DNA of 63,431 bases, the filler included, from Folioceros fuciformis (lineage: Eukaryota), in NCBI GenBank assembly GCA_049999805.1. It is 5 parts of 5 records of this genome, joined end to end, with 100 filler letters (N's around TTAATTAATTAA, not from the genome) between each part and the next. Parts side by side here need not be neighbours in the genome. Positions count along the whole stretch, not along the records: positions 1 to 14,506 come from JBNGIO010003104.1; 4 more parts are not named here. One strand, 5' to 3'. A program made the position numbers and the translations under genes. The first letter of the stretch is position 1. Each line of letters starts with the position of its first letter. Positions 1 through 11,480 of this stretch are shown here, piece after piece. The notes below the pieces were generated by a model that saw only the letters and a list, made by a program, of their open reading frames with translations, ran no database searches and had not been told where the DNA came from.

Positions 1-306
1 CTCAGGATAGTCTAAGAGGTGGTAGATCCTTGTGGTGGTAGGGCCAGGAGCTCATTGGTGGCAGGATGTGCTAGAAGTCTAAATAAGTGGCTGGTGATAG
101 CCGGCTAGGCTAGTGGTCCTATTAAAATAATATTTCTCAAGTTAGAGAGAGGTGAAGTCAGAGAGAGAGAGAGGCTCCTATAAGATCAGGTGAGCCTATA
201 GGAGGAGGGAGTCATTCACTTTGGGAGTCAGTCTATCTCTTCGTGAGCTCTTGGAGGTCCTCTCTTCATGAGCTCTTGTGGTCTGTCCCTGTTTGGTTTA
301 GGACCT

Positions 307-490
307 GCAGTGTGTTGCCGGCTGTACAACGTCTGGTAGGATCGCAAGCAGCGTGTTGCCGGCTGTACAATGTCTGGTAGGATCGCAGGCAGCGTGTTGC
401 CGGCTGTACAGTGTCTGGTAGGATCGCAGGCAGCGTGTTGCCTGCTGTACAGTGTGTTGCCGGTTGTATAGTGTCTGGTAGGATCACAAG
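307..490. repeat. Tandem repeat, 41-bp unit (GCAGCGTGTTGCCGGCTGTACAGTGTCTGGTAGGATCGCAG), about 4.5 copies
   Basis: Unit read directly, with one internal half-unit. It explains the repetitive ORFs at 228..605 and 266..487. Confidence 0.9.
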
Positions 491-1135
491 GTGTAATGAC
501 CAGGGTGCAGGGGCTTGCCCCTAGCTCTTGATTGTAAAGGATGTGTCTTTCTCTCAACCTGTCCACTCTTGTTCCTTGTTTGGACAAGTGCTGTAGGCCG
601 GCCATGTCTCATGGCGTCTGGTAAGGTTGTGGGGAGGAGACATCCAAGACGGGAGTGTGTTCACTTCTTTCTTTTCTTTGGGGTTAGTTTAGTGACTCTT
701 GCCGGGTAGGAGGAGTCAGTAGGGAAGTGTAGAAGGTAGTGGTGTCATTGTTAGTTGCTGGTGTTGGTGCTGGAGTGAGAGAGTGAGTGAAGTGAGTGAG
801 GGAAGTCATAGATCTAAGAGGTTAGGGTCGTTGTAGTGACTGGAGTGAGATTGTGGGCACCAAGAGAGGTGCAGCTGACCGCCGGACAGCGAGGCATGTC
901 CTACTCCTGATCGGAGCTGGAGGGGAGCCCTCGAATCCATCATCGAGTCGATCAAGTCCGACCCTCCATCCACAGCAACAAGGAACCCCATCGCTCCTTC
1001 GTGGGAACGAAACCCAATGTCTCAACGACAGTGGGATAAGTGTGGCCACTAAAGGTGGAACCCGTTGGCAATCAGAGCCCGGGGTTTGGCCTCCACACTT
1101 CCAGATCCTCTCTGGCCTTGCACATTTTCTCCACG

Positions 1136-1876
1136 CTAATTGTCTTGCTGATTCTGCGTGTTCCGAGCATCACCCCGTCCTCGGAATGAACCACGACCTC
1201 TGTGGCCTCTCCCACGCTGGTTAGAAAACAAAACAGTGTCTCTCCCTTGAGACATACCTGAACATGTGTTCAGACCAAGCTTAACTTCCTCATGCAGCAA
1301 CAAAGCAACCAATTCATCCCAACTTGGGGACTCAGCTCTCACAGAGATTGATGTGTCAAAGGACTTGTATTCCTTGCCAAGTCCGCTCAAAGTAACTGCA
1401 ATCATGTCATCTTCCGTCACACTTGCACCGATTGTAGCAAGCTGATTAGCTATGGTCTTCACCTCTGTTGTATACAGGAGTATGGATCTGCTACCTCGTG
1501 ACAAGTTGTTGAACTACTGCTTTAACTGGATTTTCCTGGCATGTGTGACATTCCTATAGTTCCTCATGAGTATGTCCCATGCATCCTTTGGAGACTCACA
1601 TCCCATGATCTGTATGACCATAGCATCTGAAATACTTAAGGAGAGCTAGTGTAACACTTTACATGCTCTCTTAGTCCAATGCTTATGAGCAGTCTTTTGC
1701 TCCTATGATGGAGTATGATCCATCTTTGGTTCACTCTCATCACCTGTGCAGAGGTCCCAATAGCCTCTACCTACCAAGAAGTTCTTCATCTTGAACTTCC
1801 ATAAAGCAAAATTCTTGTTATCCAACTTCTCTCCCACAACCTAAGAGATATTGTCTGATCCCTGCACGTTAGCCAT
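1136..1876 (-). pseudogene. Ty1/copia gag, interrupted by stops
   Basis: Minus strand from ATG at 1876 reads MANVQGSDNIS*VVGEKLDNKNFALWKFKMKNFLVGRGYWDLCTG (copia gag N-terminus). It continues into UBN2-like 'EVKTIANQLATIGASVTEDDMIAVTLSGLGKEYKSF' and an RGRG tract. Confidence 0.85.
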
Positions 1877-2439
1877 GATTCAGGCTCCTTTACGCACCAA
1901 CACTTGTCCTGCACCTCAGGTTAGTTGCCTTCTCTTGCTTGCTGTGCCACCAAGTCCCTTGTGGACAGATTGTCAAAACACTTTCATGCGTCTTCCAACA
2001 GATGTTTTTGACAATCTTGAGTGCAACTCCCTGCACTGTTGTAGAGCTGAAGCACTCCACAAGCCTAAATCAGATCTCAACAATTCCTAAATGTGCAGTT
2101 GACTCTTCGCTAAGCAAAAACAACCTTTGCTCAAGCCTTCAAAAAAAAAAAAAGCAAAACACTATTTGCCAAGTTCAGGCCTTCCTCCTCGCAAATCCTG
2201 GGCCTGCTGTGGCTTCCACGGCCTGGGTGTCTCCTGTAGTTGCTGCTCCTCCTGAGTCTCTCTCCCTCTCGCGCCTCTCGCGCGCCCTTGCGCCTGTGGC
2301 GACTGTTGCGGCTTCCTATGCTGCCTACGCCGCTGCGCCTCCTGCGCCTCTCAATGGCTTGCGTTGCCAGCCACCTTCACACTCACGGCCATAGCCTCAA
2401 ACCCCTGCCATAGCCACCATGGCCGCTAGCGTTCTCTCT

Positions 2440-2452
2440 GGCTCTGATACCA
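2440..2452 (-). promoter_or_regulatory. Primer-binding site (tRNA-iMet) of the copia element
   Basis: Reverse complement is TGGTATCAGAGCC, directly abutting the LTR end ...TTTCAACA. Confidence 0.9.
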
Positions 2453-2703
2453 TGTTGAAATCGCACCACTAGCTTAGATGGACTCCACAGTACATTACTT
2501 ATGGTGCACAGGATGCTACATATATAGCCTTCAGGCGAGGCAATCCTCGATAAGGTAAGCCTTAGTCTCGAGGGTGCAATAGCTTGGTATATCCTGATAA
2601 CACTTAGGTGGTAGATAACTACGAGTTCAATATGGGATAATCTACACTATCCTAAGTGTTGCATGCTCTTAATAACAATTCAGTTAGAGCTTGATTTCTA
2701 ACA
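2453..2703 (-). mobile_element. 5' LTR (about 251 bp) of the minus-strand copia element
   Basis: TG...CA termini with inverted ends TGTTGAAATC / GATTTCTAACA, adjacent to the PBS. The partner LTR is not in the window. Confidence 0.8.
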
Positions 2704-4127
2704 GGTAGGTGGGCGGCGGCGCTTTGGGCTCTGGTAGGCCGGGGCGGATTGGCTGGTATCTAGGCAATCTGGCTGCAGTGGCAGGCTGGGGCAGAGCCAA
2801 GATCCAAGCCGGCTGGCTAGTAGGTAGATGGGCTAGCAAGGCGGGCATCGACGTACCCAGGTAGCAGGCAGATGGGATGGCAAGGCAAGAGGCGGCGCAT
2901 CCAAGTAGCAGGCGGGGTGGCAACATCCAGGCACTAGCATTCAGTCGGCTGGTAGGTAGGTGGTTGCGTAAGCCGGGGACCAGATCGGCAAGTGGGCGGG
3001 CAATTGGATTGGGGATGGAATTGCAGGGAGACTCAAGGAAATCTTGGTCAAGGTCGGAGTTTAGCCGAGGCTGAAGGAGGGCATATGCTTCTTGGCTGGA
3101 GATCTCGCCTAAGATTTGGAGTGGCTATTGTGTCTAAGAGGGGGCCAGAGGGCTCAGGAAGGAGGTAATGAAGAATAGAAATCTAGATGCTCCCTCTCGG
3201 ATGGAGCAAGACCAGATACTCAGAGATGTGGAGGAAGAAGGGTACAAATAGCGCAGGTCAGGCCAATATGATCTCAACTAGTATTACGATAGTGGTGAGC
3301 GGGGGGGTGCTCCGAAGTGCAGGGGTTTTGTGGGGCCTATGGAGATCAGGCTGGCTAAGCATAGGGTGGATTGATGGGTAGGGGCTTGTTGTGACCAGTG
3401 AGGTGAAACGTGGGGGTGTACTTCTTGTGAGCAATCCGCGTGCTGTGGCAAAGGGCACTGAGGGGCAGGCATGCCGTATAATTCCTACCCCAGATGGTAC
3501 CAAGAAGACAATGTATATCATGATACATGAGGTTGTGTTAGCAGGGCTGGTTGACTTGTGCAGGAGGTTTCCTCGGTGTCTAAGGCAAGAGTATTTGCTC
3601 CCCGATAGCAGTGAAGGCTCCCATTCAAAGGTGCCTCCTATGTCCTTGCTCTTGCCACCTCCAGATTTGAGCAACGTGGTACCACCAAGTGCTACAAAAG
3701 AATAGTGGATATTGCTTGCATTTGGCGGATCCAGACTGTAAACTCCTCCTCGGACCACGGCAATGTCGATGCTTTGGGACGCGATGAAAGTTAAGTGACT
3801 TCACTCTTGGGGCTATGGGTGCTGCCTTCATTCATTAACTACTCCTGCCTGCGAAAGCCTCGGAGGTGTGGAGGCCATTTTTTGAATCATATTCAGAGTG
3901 CGAGTGCAGGTGTCCCAGGAGTCAAAATGGATGTGGACGCGAACCAAAAGGACTGGAACAAGTATTCATATGGAAGGACCTTCAAGGGCATGGCCTTAGA
4001 AAATCTCATAGCAAGTCTTCGCAAAAGTTAGCGGTGACCACCTCTTGATGATAGAGATATACAAGGACTATCGTAAGATGTGGATGACTAAGTGGACACA
4101 CTTGTTGAAGCAGATTTGCAAGTGCTA

Positions 4128-5098
4128 ATGGGTTGTGTCCAGTAGCTCAAGCATCATTATAGCTGCAGGGCGGACCTTCGTGACCAGTCTGGCCAGCAAG
4201 ATGGGGGCTGAAGGCTTTGAAGAAGGTGCAGATGATTGAGGGAGGTGGAGGTAATTTCAAGGGAAGTGGCTGTAGGCTGGTTTGGGGGGAACTAATAATG
4301 AGTTCCCAAAGGCCAGCTGGCAATTTCTCATAAGCTAGAGTTAGGGTTAGGTTCTTGGCGGGAATGTGAGAGATTTGTTGAGCATGTGAGGGGATGCTGA
4401 TCCCAGTAGGTAGTGATGGGTAGACTTGGCCAAGGTCGTATAAGGGGGCAGTCTTTGGTGTGATTCCCCTTGTCCCTTGTGTGCAGGCTTCTGGATTGGG
4501 GCGCTGATCTGGTGTGAGAGTGCACCTTGGGCTTCTTCCCCTTGCCACTAAGGAGGACGTAGTGGATCCCTAGGCTACTAAGATCTGTGTGGCCAAATCC
4601 GTGGTTGTGGACCCTTCTTGCATGCTGGCTGAGGTGCCTTGACATCCTTGGGTGGGTTTCCAAGGTAAGGGTTGCTGGGCTATGAGCCAAGGAGGTTATC
4701 CAGCCCAAGACCTCACATCTATGCCTTAAGGCTGCATGTGGGAAAGTTGATGTGTTGCAAATTTCAGGAGCTAGAGACTTGTGTTGCAAATTTCAGGGTG
4801 CTAAAGCGATGAGTTGAAGTTGAAGAGTTGGAGCTGTGAGACTGGAGTTACTTTTTCAGCTGCTGAGGTAGCTTGTGCATGCATTAGGAATAAAGTTACG
4901 AGGTTAGACCTAACTGCCCTAGATATTGCTAGGGCTAGGTAGGGGCTGATAGGTAGGATTAGGTTAGCACATTAAGATAGCTGAAGTTGACTGCCTTGGT
5001 ACGAGATCATTCTCTTGGGAACAAATCTCAAGACTGCAACGACAAGAGGGTTAATGTGGACCTCTTGGGGATCCTTTGGTCTAGAGGGTCACTCCACA
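4128..5098 (+). mobile_element. LTR-like insertion, copy A
   Basis: Alignable by eye with 9659-11203 (shared GGTGTGATTCCCCTTG...TGTGTGCAGGCT and GAGCCAAGGAGG.TATCCAGCCC). Both end in CTCCACA. 5' end and TSD not resolved. Confidence 0.65.
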
Positions 5099-6588
5099 AC
5101 AGGAAAGGTGTGACCTTTAGGTCTAAACCTACAGGACCTGCGGAAGTTTCGTTTGTCTCATGGAGCAAAGCTCCCTATGGAGGAGAGACGGCGCGACCAT
5201 CCACTGGGTACACATCCGGTAGTGCTGGAGGTAGCACTTCCAGCAGTATAGGAGCCTACAAGGGAGTAGGGCATACTGTCAAGATGGTGGATTTGGGTCA
5301 AGAAGCAACTTGTTTCCATGCTAAAGTGGTGGAGAATGAAGATCCATCAAAGGATGAAGAGCAAAGGGAAGGAGCTGCCTTTTGGAAGGGGAAGGCCTAT
5401 GACTACGATTTCCTGGAAGAAGGATTAGGAACAAGTGTAGGGAGTAGTCCTGAAGGAGTCTAAGGTCAAGGTGTCCAAGTACCTCACACCCAAGGAGAGG
5501 GTAGATTTGAAGGCATTGTTGACTGAATACTTGGACGTGTTTGCCTTCAAGGTGACGGACATGATAGGTGTTCCGAAGGAGCTAGGTGTTCATAGGATAG
5601 ACCTCAAGGAGGTAAGCACACCAGCCTGGGTGAAGCAATACCGGCTGAACCTAAAGTACTCCATGATTGTGAAGGAGCAATTGGACCGGTACTTAGAGGC
5701 TGGAGTTATCTATCCTGTCCTAACTAGTGAGCGGGTAGCTCCAATTGTGGTGGTGCCTAAGAAGCAGGCTGGCAAGGTAAGGGTTTGCCAAGACTTTAGA
5801 AGCTCAATGAGGCGACCAAGAAGGACCATCATCCACTCCCTTTAATGGACATTGTGTTGGACACGGTTGCTGGACATGAAATATATAGTTTTTTGGATGA
5901 GTATTCAGGTTACAATCAGATCACGCTGCAAGAGGAGGACCGTGACAAGAAGACTTTCACAACTGATTGGGGGTCGTATGCCTACACCAAGCTGCCTTTT
6001 GGGCTCTACAATGCTTTGGCAACTTTCCAGCGTGTGGGGAATACTATTTTCATGGAGCTCCTACGAAAGTTCACAAAGGTGTTCTTGGATGACTTTTGTG
6101 TCTTTGGGAGGAGGAACCTACACTTGGAACAGTTGAGGAAGTGCTTGCAGAGGTGTAGGGAGACTAACCTCAAGTTGCATCCAGGGAAGTGTTTCCTTTG
6201 CATGATGGAGGGTATCTTGCTAGCCCATAGAGTTTCAGCTAGGGGGCTGCAAGTTGACATGGAGAAGGTGAAGATCATCTCGCAGATGGATGCACCTCAT
6301 AGTGTGAGACAGGTTAGAGCCTTCATTGAGTTGGTTGGCTAATACAGGAGATTCATCAAGGATTTTGTTTAGAAGGCTGCAACTTTGACCCAGCTAACCA
6401 AGAAGGATGTGTTGTATGAGTGAACCCCAGAGAAGGAGGAAGCGTTGCAGGACTTGAAGAGAAGTTTGGTGGCAGCACCCACATTGAGTCCACCAAATTG
6501 GGAGAAGACCTTTAATGTGTATGTGGATGTGTCAGCCTATGCTATAAGGGCCATCCTCAGCCAACAAGATGACAAGAAGAGGGATCAC

Positions 6589-7830
6589 TGTGGAATGAAA
6601 AAGTTTGGTAATCGGTCTAGGAAAGTCTAAATTGGTTTTTTTTTGTTCAGAACAGTTCGAAGGAAGGCATGTGGAAGGTAGGTTTCTGGGCAAGTGCCCA
6701 TGGTAGGTAGTGAGCGGCTGGTAAAGGTTTTTATGGAGTTTTTTAGTTCTATTTTGGTAGGTTAGAATAAGAAGATATCTACATAGTAGGATGTCTACCT
6801 ACATACGTAGAGAGAGTACCTACGTGGGGAAAATGGAAGATACCTACATAGGTAGGGAAGGTACTTATATGGTAGACAACCCACCTACGGCAATGGGGTA
6901 GGGAACCTACCTACGGGAGGAGGGGAAGGCAACCTACCTACGAGGGGAGGGGAAGGCATGGTAGGGAAACTACCTATGAAGGGAGCAACAGGGACCCTAC
7001 CTACGGAGGGACATTCCCACCCTACGTAGGGAAGGAGCCTCAAGTTGAGAAACAAGGGGATCCCTCCCCTATTAAACCTGTAGGTGGTGGTGAAGGGATA
7101 GCCCAAGAGATCCACATAGAGGAAGGTACGGTGGAAGTTTGTGGATCCAAAAGAAGACGAATCCCAATAATGGAGGAGGGCCCAGTAGCTAACCTTCAGA
7201 CTTTGCCTCCCTTCAGGAGCAGTCCTAGCCACACCTTTTTGGAGAGAGGGTCAACGAATCTTCTATGACAGCGCCAACAATCCTAATCTTTAGCGGCGTG
7301 TGCTGCCCTAGCAATTATTGGTAGGACTTAGCCTTTTGGTAGGTGTGCGCAGCTAAAGTTGGTGGCGCCTAGTGTGAGAGAAGGGTAGCTCACCACCTAC
7401 ATGTAGGAGAGGGTTCATGCGTCGATCTCTCCTATAAGGAGGGGCTACACAAAGAAATGAATCACCACATTTTGCAATCTTCTCATGGCGAGTTCTCATG
7501 CTTAGCAGAGCGTAGGAATCTCGTTGCCGGCTATGTGCCATCACAGCGCTTGGTTGTGGCTAGAGTTGCAGTGGTCAAAGTGCTTGGCGGAGGGCTCATA
7601 TTCTTCCATGGGCACCCGTGCAAGTTGCTTCCCTTGTGAATGGTTGTTGTGCTATTGTAGGTGTGTGGCAATACTTGTGTGACTGTTGGCTTGAGGGTAG
7701 ACTCTAGGGAAAGACTCCCTGGAAGTTCTCGCTAACAAGCACAAGCACAAAACAACCAGCCCAAGGAAAAACTTGTTGGGGCCGTTCTTGGATTGTAAGT
7801 GTTTCATGACGAATAGTGAATCAACCCACA
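6589..7830. mobile_element. Solo LTR (1242 bp) inserted in the gypsy RNase H
   Basis: TGTGG...CCCACA termini and a perfect 5-bp TSD ATCAC at 6584-6588 and 7831-7835. Removing it rejoins 'DDKKRDH' to 'PIFYTERQLTDAARNY'. Confidence 0.92.
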
Positions 7831-9419
7831 ATCACCCCATCTTCTATACTGAAAGGCAACTCACGGATGCGGCGAGGAACTACTCCACAACGGAGAGGGA
7901 GGCCTTGGGCATCATTTACTCTTGTAAGAAGTTTCATCACTACCTTCTAGCTTGCAAGGCAGTGTTTCAAAGGACCACTTTGCTTTGAAGTATCTTATGA
8001 ACAAGCCTGACCTAACGGGGAGGATCGCTAGGTGGATTCTCTTGCTGCAAGAGTTTGATTTTGAGGTGGAAATAAGGGCAGGAAAGAGTCATGTCAATGC
8101 TGACTTTGTTTCTAGGCTCAAAACCAAAGGGAAGGTTAGAGAAAGGATGACAGGTTTCTTGATGAGGAGGTGATTGTTGCGGTATATACAGCAGAAGAGG
8201 GAGAGTTCAATGAACAGGCTGCCAGTGAGGGAGGAGGAACCTCTATAAGGGTTGAGAGTAGCCAGAAGGTTAGCCAAGCTTAGAGGAGGACGAACTGCCG
8301 TGGTGACAGGTTGGGAAGGCATTGTGCTAGGCAGTTGCTACCAGCTGAGGTGAGGAGATTTCTGGAGTTTGGAATCATGCTAGCTGGATTGAGCAGCGAG
8401 GGTAGGGCAGTGTTCTTGCACAAGACAGGCCCATACTATCTGAAGCAAGGGGTCTTGTACAAACTAGGCATGGATGGTAAGGTGAGGTGTTGTTTGGAGG
8501 TGAATGAAGGTGCTTTGGTGACTAAAGCTCTGCATGCTAAAGAGGCAGGAGGTCACTATTGAGTCCCCATTACCATCAAGAAGATCTTGGATACAGGGTT
8601 TTGGTGGGCTACAATGCAAAGAGATGTGTGGCAGTTTGTGAGGAGGTGTGATGCTTGTCAAAGGGTAGGGAGACCCAAGGTGGCCTTTGACCTACATCCT
8701 GCCATTGTCTTTGTTCGAGAAGTGGGGGATTGACTTTGTAGGGCCGATTCGTCCACCTACTTGGTGGACAAGAAAGCAAGACATCCTAGTGGCGACAGAC
8801 TATTGCACCAAGATGGTGGAGGCAGAGGCTACTTGGCAGGATGATGCTCCAACACTGGCCAAATTTTGGTTTGAGAAAAGGAAGGCAAGTGGGCTGGCCG
8901 GCTCGTCATGGCGGCTGGCAAGGCAGCGGCCTGGCTGCAGGATCCCAAGGAGGCGTGCTTTAGGGTTTAGGATATAGGTACTGGATATAGGCTGAACATG
9001 GCACTGATTTGGTGACCTTCCTGTGGAAAACGGGAATGCCTATGGGTCACCGGGGTTAACGATATCACAGATGGTCGGATGTCGGGGAAGCAGATGGCGG
9101 AATTCCCCCCCACAGCGCACATCCCAACCCCCTGCCACTGGCACATGGAGTTTGGCTCTATACGATCTTGTCTCTTGGTGCTCTCGACCCCATCCTTACT
9201 CACCTGCCTGCAAGGAGAGGTTGAAGGTGGCCAGTTAGGGGCCGGGCGCTTCGGGCTCTAGATAGCAGCGAGGGAAATGGGGAGATCAGATAGTATGCTG
9301 CTAGCAGACGCAAGCTGGAGGTTGATGGCCCTGGATGGGGAGTTCTATGCCATCTCCAGGAGCGCACCCATGTATAGGGAAGGGGTGGACCGATGGAAGC
9401 ATGGATCACGTCCGTGGGG

Positions 9420-11203
9420 GTGCTGAAAGACGAATCGGAGCTGTCAAAATGGCCTCTCGAGTATGGAGGCTTGGGACAGGAGAAACATGAACACCACTTG
9501 GCTTTGCTGGACCTGTTGCATCTCTCCACAGTTTGTGGAGCAAGGGCTGGAAGCTAAGTTCTACAAGTGTGGAGGCCGCTGCAAGTGTGGAAGCTACAGC
9601 AATAGCAAGGAAGGGAAGCAGCTGCATGCACACATTAGAGAGCAAGGACACGAGGCCGATGGGTTGTGCCCAGCAGGGCAGACCTTCTCGGCCTGCCTGA
9701 CTAGTAGGATGGGGAGTGGGAGGATTGGAAGAAGATGGAGATTCTGAAGGGTTGCAGGACGATCTGAGGGGAAGAGATGATCTGAGAGAGGAGAGGAGTG
9801 TTGAGAGGCACTGACGATTTTTAGTGTTTTTGAGAGGCTGGTCATTTTTGGTAGGGGCAACCAGTGGTGTCAAGTGGGCAACCCCTTTTTAAGTCGGGGT
9901 TAGGATTAGATCGGATTAAGGTTAGGTCAGGGTTAGGGTTAGTAGTAGGTTAGAGCTAGGTTTAGGTCAGAATTAGGTTTAGGTCAAAGTTAGGGGCGGC
10001 TTAGGTTAGAGTTAGGTTTAGGTCAAGGTTAGGGGCGGTTTAGGTCAGAGAGAGACTGCTGGGCGGTTGACTAAGGCTAACCCTAGCAGACAGAGATGGG
10101 GGTTTGGGCCAAGGTAGTATAAGAGGCCAAACCTGTCATTGAGGAGGGGGTAGTCTTACGGTGTGATTCCCCTTGACCTTGTGTGCAGGCTACCGGATTA
10201 GAGTGTTGATCTGGTGTGAGATTGAACCAAGGGCTTGATCCCCCTTGTCATTAGGGGGACATGGTGGATCCTTAGACTACCGAGATCCGTGTGGCCGGAT
10301 CCGCAATGGCTGACTTCTTTGCGTGCTGGCTGAGGTGAGGTTGTAGGGCCGTGAGCCAAGGAGGCTATCCAGCCCTAGTCCTCACACCTCTGCCTTGAAG
10401 GCTGCAAGGGGGAAGGCTGTTGTGTCCCAAATTCTAGGAGTGAAGGGTTGAGCTGTAGATTTTGGGAGTGGAAGTGTTGAGGTGAGGAGTTGAGTTGAAG
10501 GAGGTGCTGGAGTGTGAAGTAAGGTGCTGGAGTGTGAAGTGAGGTGCTGGAGTGTGAAGTGAGGTGCTGGAGTGTGAAGTGAGGTGCTGGAGTGTGAAGT
10601 GAGGTGCTTGAGTGTGAAGTGAAGTGCTGGAGTGAAGGACTGAAATGCTGGAGTGAAGTGCTGAAGTGGTGGAGTGGAGTGCTGAAGTTGGAGTGAGATT
10701 AAGGGTTTTGTTCAGCTGCTAAGGTAGCTAGCACTAAGAGCTGAGAGTTAGAGGCCGGCGGGTGCCGGAGTCTCCTTTCAGCTACAGAGGTGGCCAGAGC
10801 TTGGAGTTGAGAGTGGAGGCCGAGGTTGGAGCTGAAGCTTCCTCTCAACCAGCGAGAGGGCTGGGACTTGGAGTTGAGAGTTGGAGGCCGGACCTAGGGC
10901 CGGAGTCTCCTTTCAGCACTGAAGTGACTGGTACTTGGAGCTGGAAACGGGGGCTGAAGACGATGCTGGAGTTCTCATTCAATTGATGCTGTGGTTGATG
11001 TTGTGGTAGGAGTTGAAGACAGGGCTGGGGATTTTGACCTATTGCTGTAGCACTAGGTATCGACTGATAGATAGGATGAGATTAGGGAATTGTAGGTAAC
11101 CTTGACACTAGTTCACTCCCTTGGGAGCGGATCATAGGACTGCAATGATAATAAGGAGAAATGTGGCCCTTTGGTGGTTCTTGGGTGTAAGAATCGCTCC
11201 ACA
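9420..11203 (+). mobile_element. LTR-like element, copy B, containing PPR fragments, a degenerate TTAGG tract and a 20-bp minisatellite
   Basis: Homologous to 4128-5098 and ends in CTCCACA. The 5' boundary is approximate. Confidence 0.6.
10501..10695. repeat. Minisatellite, 20-bp unit GAGGTGCTGGAGTGTGAAGT, 6 copies then degenerate
   Basis: Read directly at 10501-10620, decaying to about 10695. Confidence 0.95.
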
Positions 11204-11309
11204 CACATAAGTAGATTGTCTATAGATTGTCTAGATTATGTGTAAGAAAAACATAAAATAGGTCATAGTCTGGTGAACAGTTATAACTAATAACTGTCAA
11301 GCTAGGGTT

Positions 11310-11480
11310 AGCGTTTCATACCAACTAAGTATATAGCAATGCCTTAATTATTCAACAGACTGGATAGGTTAAGCTAGAGTATGTTCCAACAGAATCCTAT
11401 GCGGCAGATATACTTACTAAGCCTTTCCTAGGTTGAAGCACCATCAGTTCAAGGAGGCCCCAGGAGTTTTTAATTCTCTT
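11310..11480 (+). pseudogene. Ty1/copia RNase H C-terminal fragment
   Basis: Translates 'VKLEYVPTESYAADILTKP', matching the copia RNase H terminal motif. Confidence 0.7.

Larger units (their letters stand above)
3390..8880 (+). mobile_element. Decayed Ty3/gypsy internal region (gag-like, RT, RNase H, integrase), interrupted by two insertions
   Basis: RT: 'APIVVVPKKQAGKVRVCQDFR', 'YSFLDEYSGYNQI', 'PFGLYNALATFQR', 'VFLDDFCVF'. RNase H: 'VYVDVSAYAIRAILSQ', 'NYSTTEREALG', 'GRIARWILLLQEFDF'. Integrase: 'FEKWGIDFVGPI...LVATDYCTKMVEA'. Many stops and frameshifts; the gag boundary is approximate. Confidence 0.9.
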
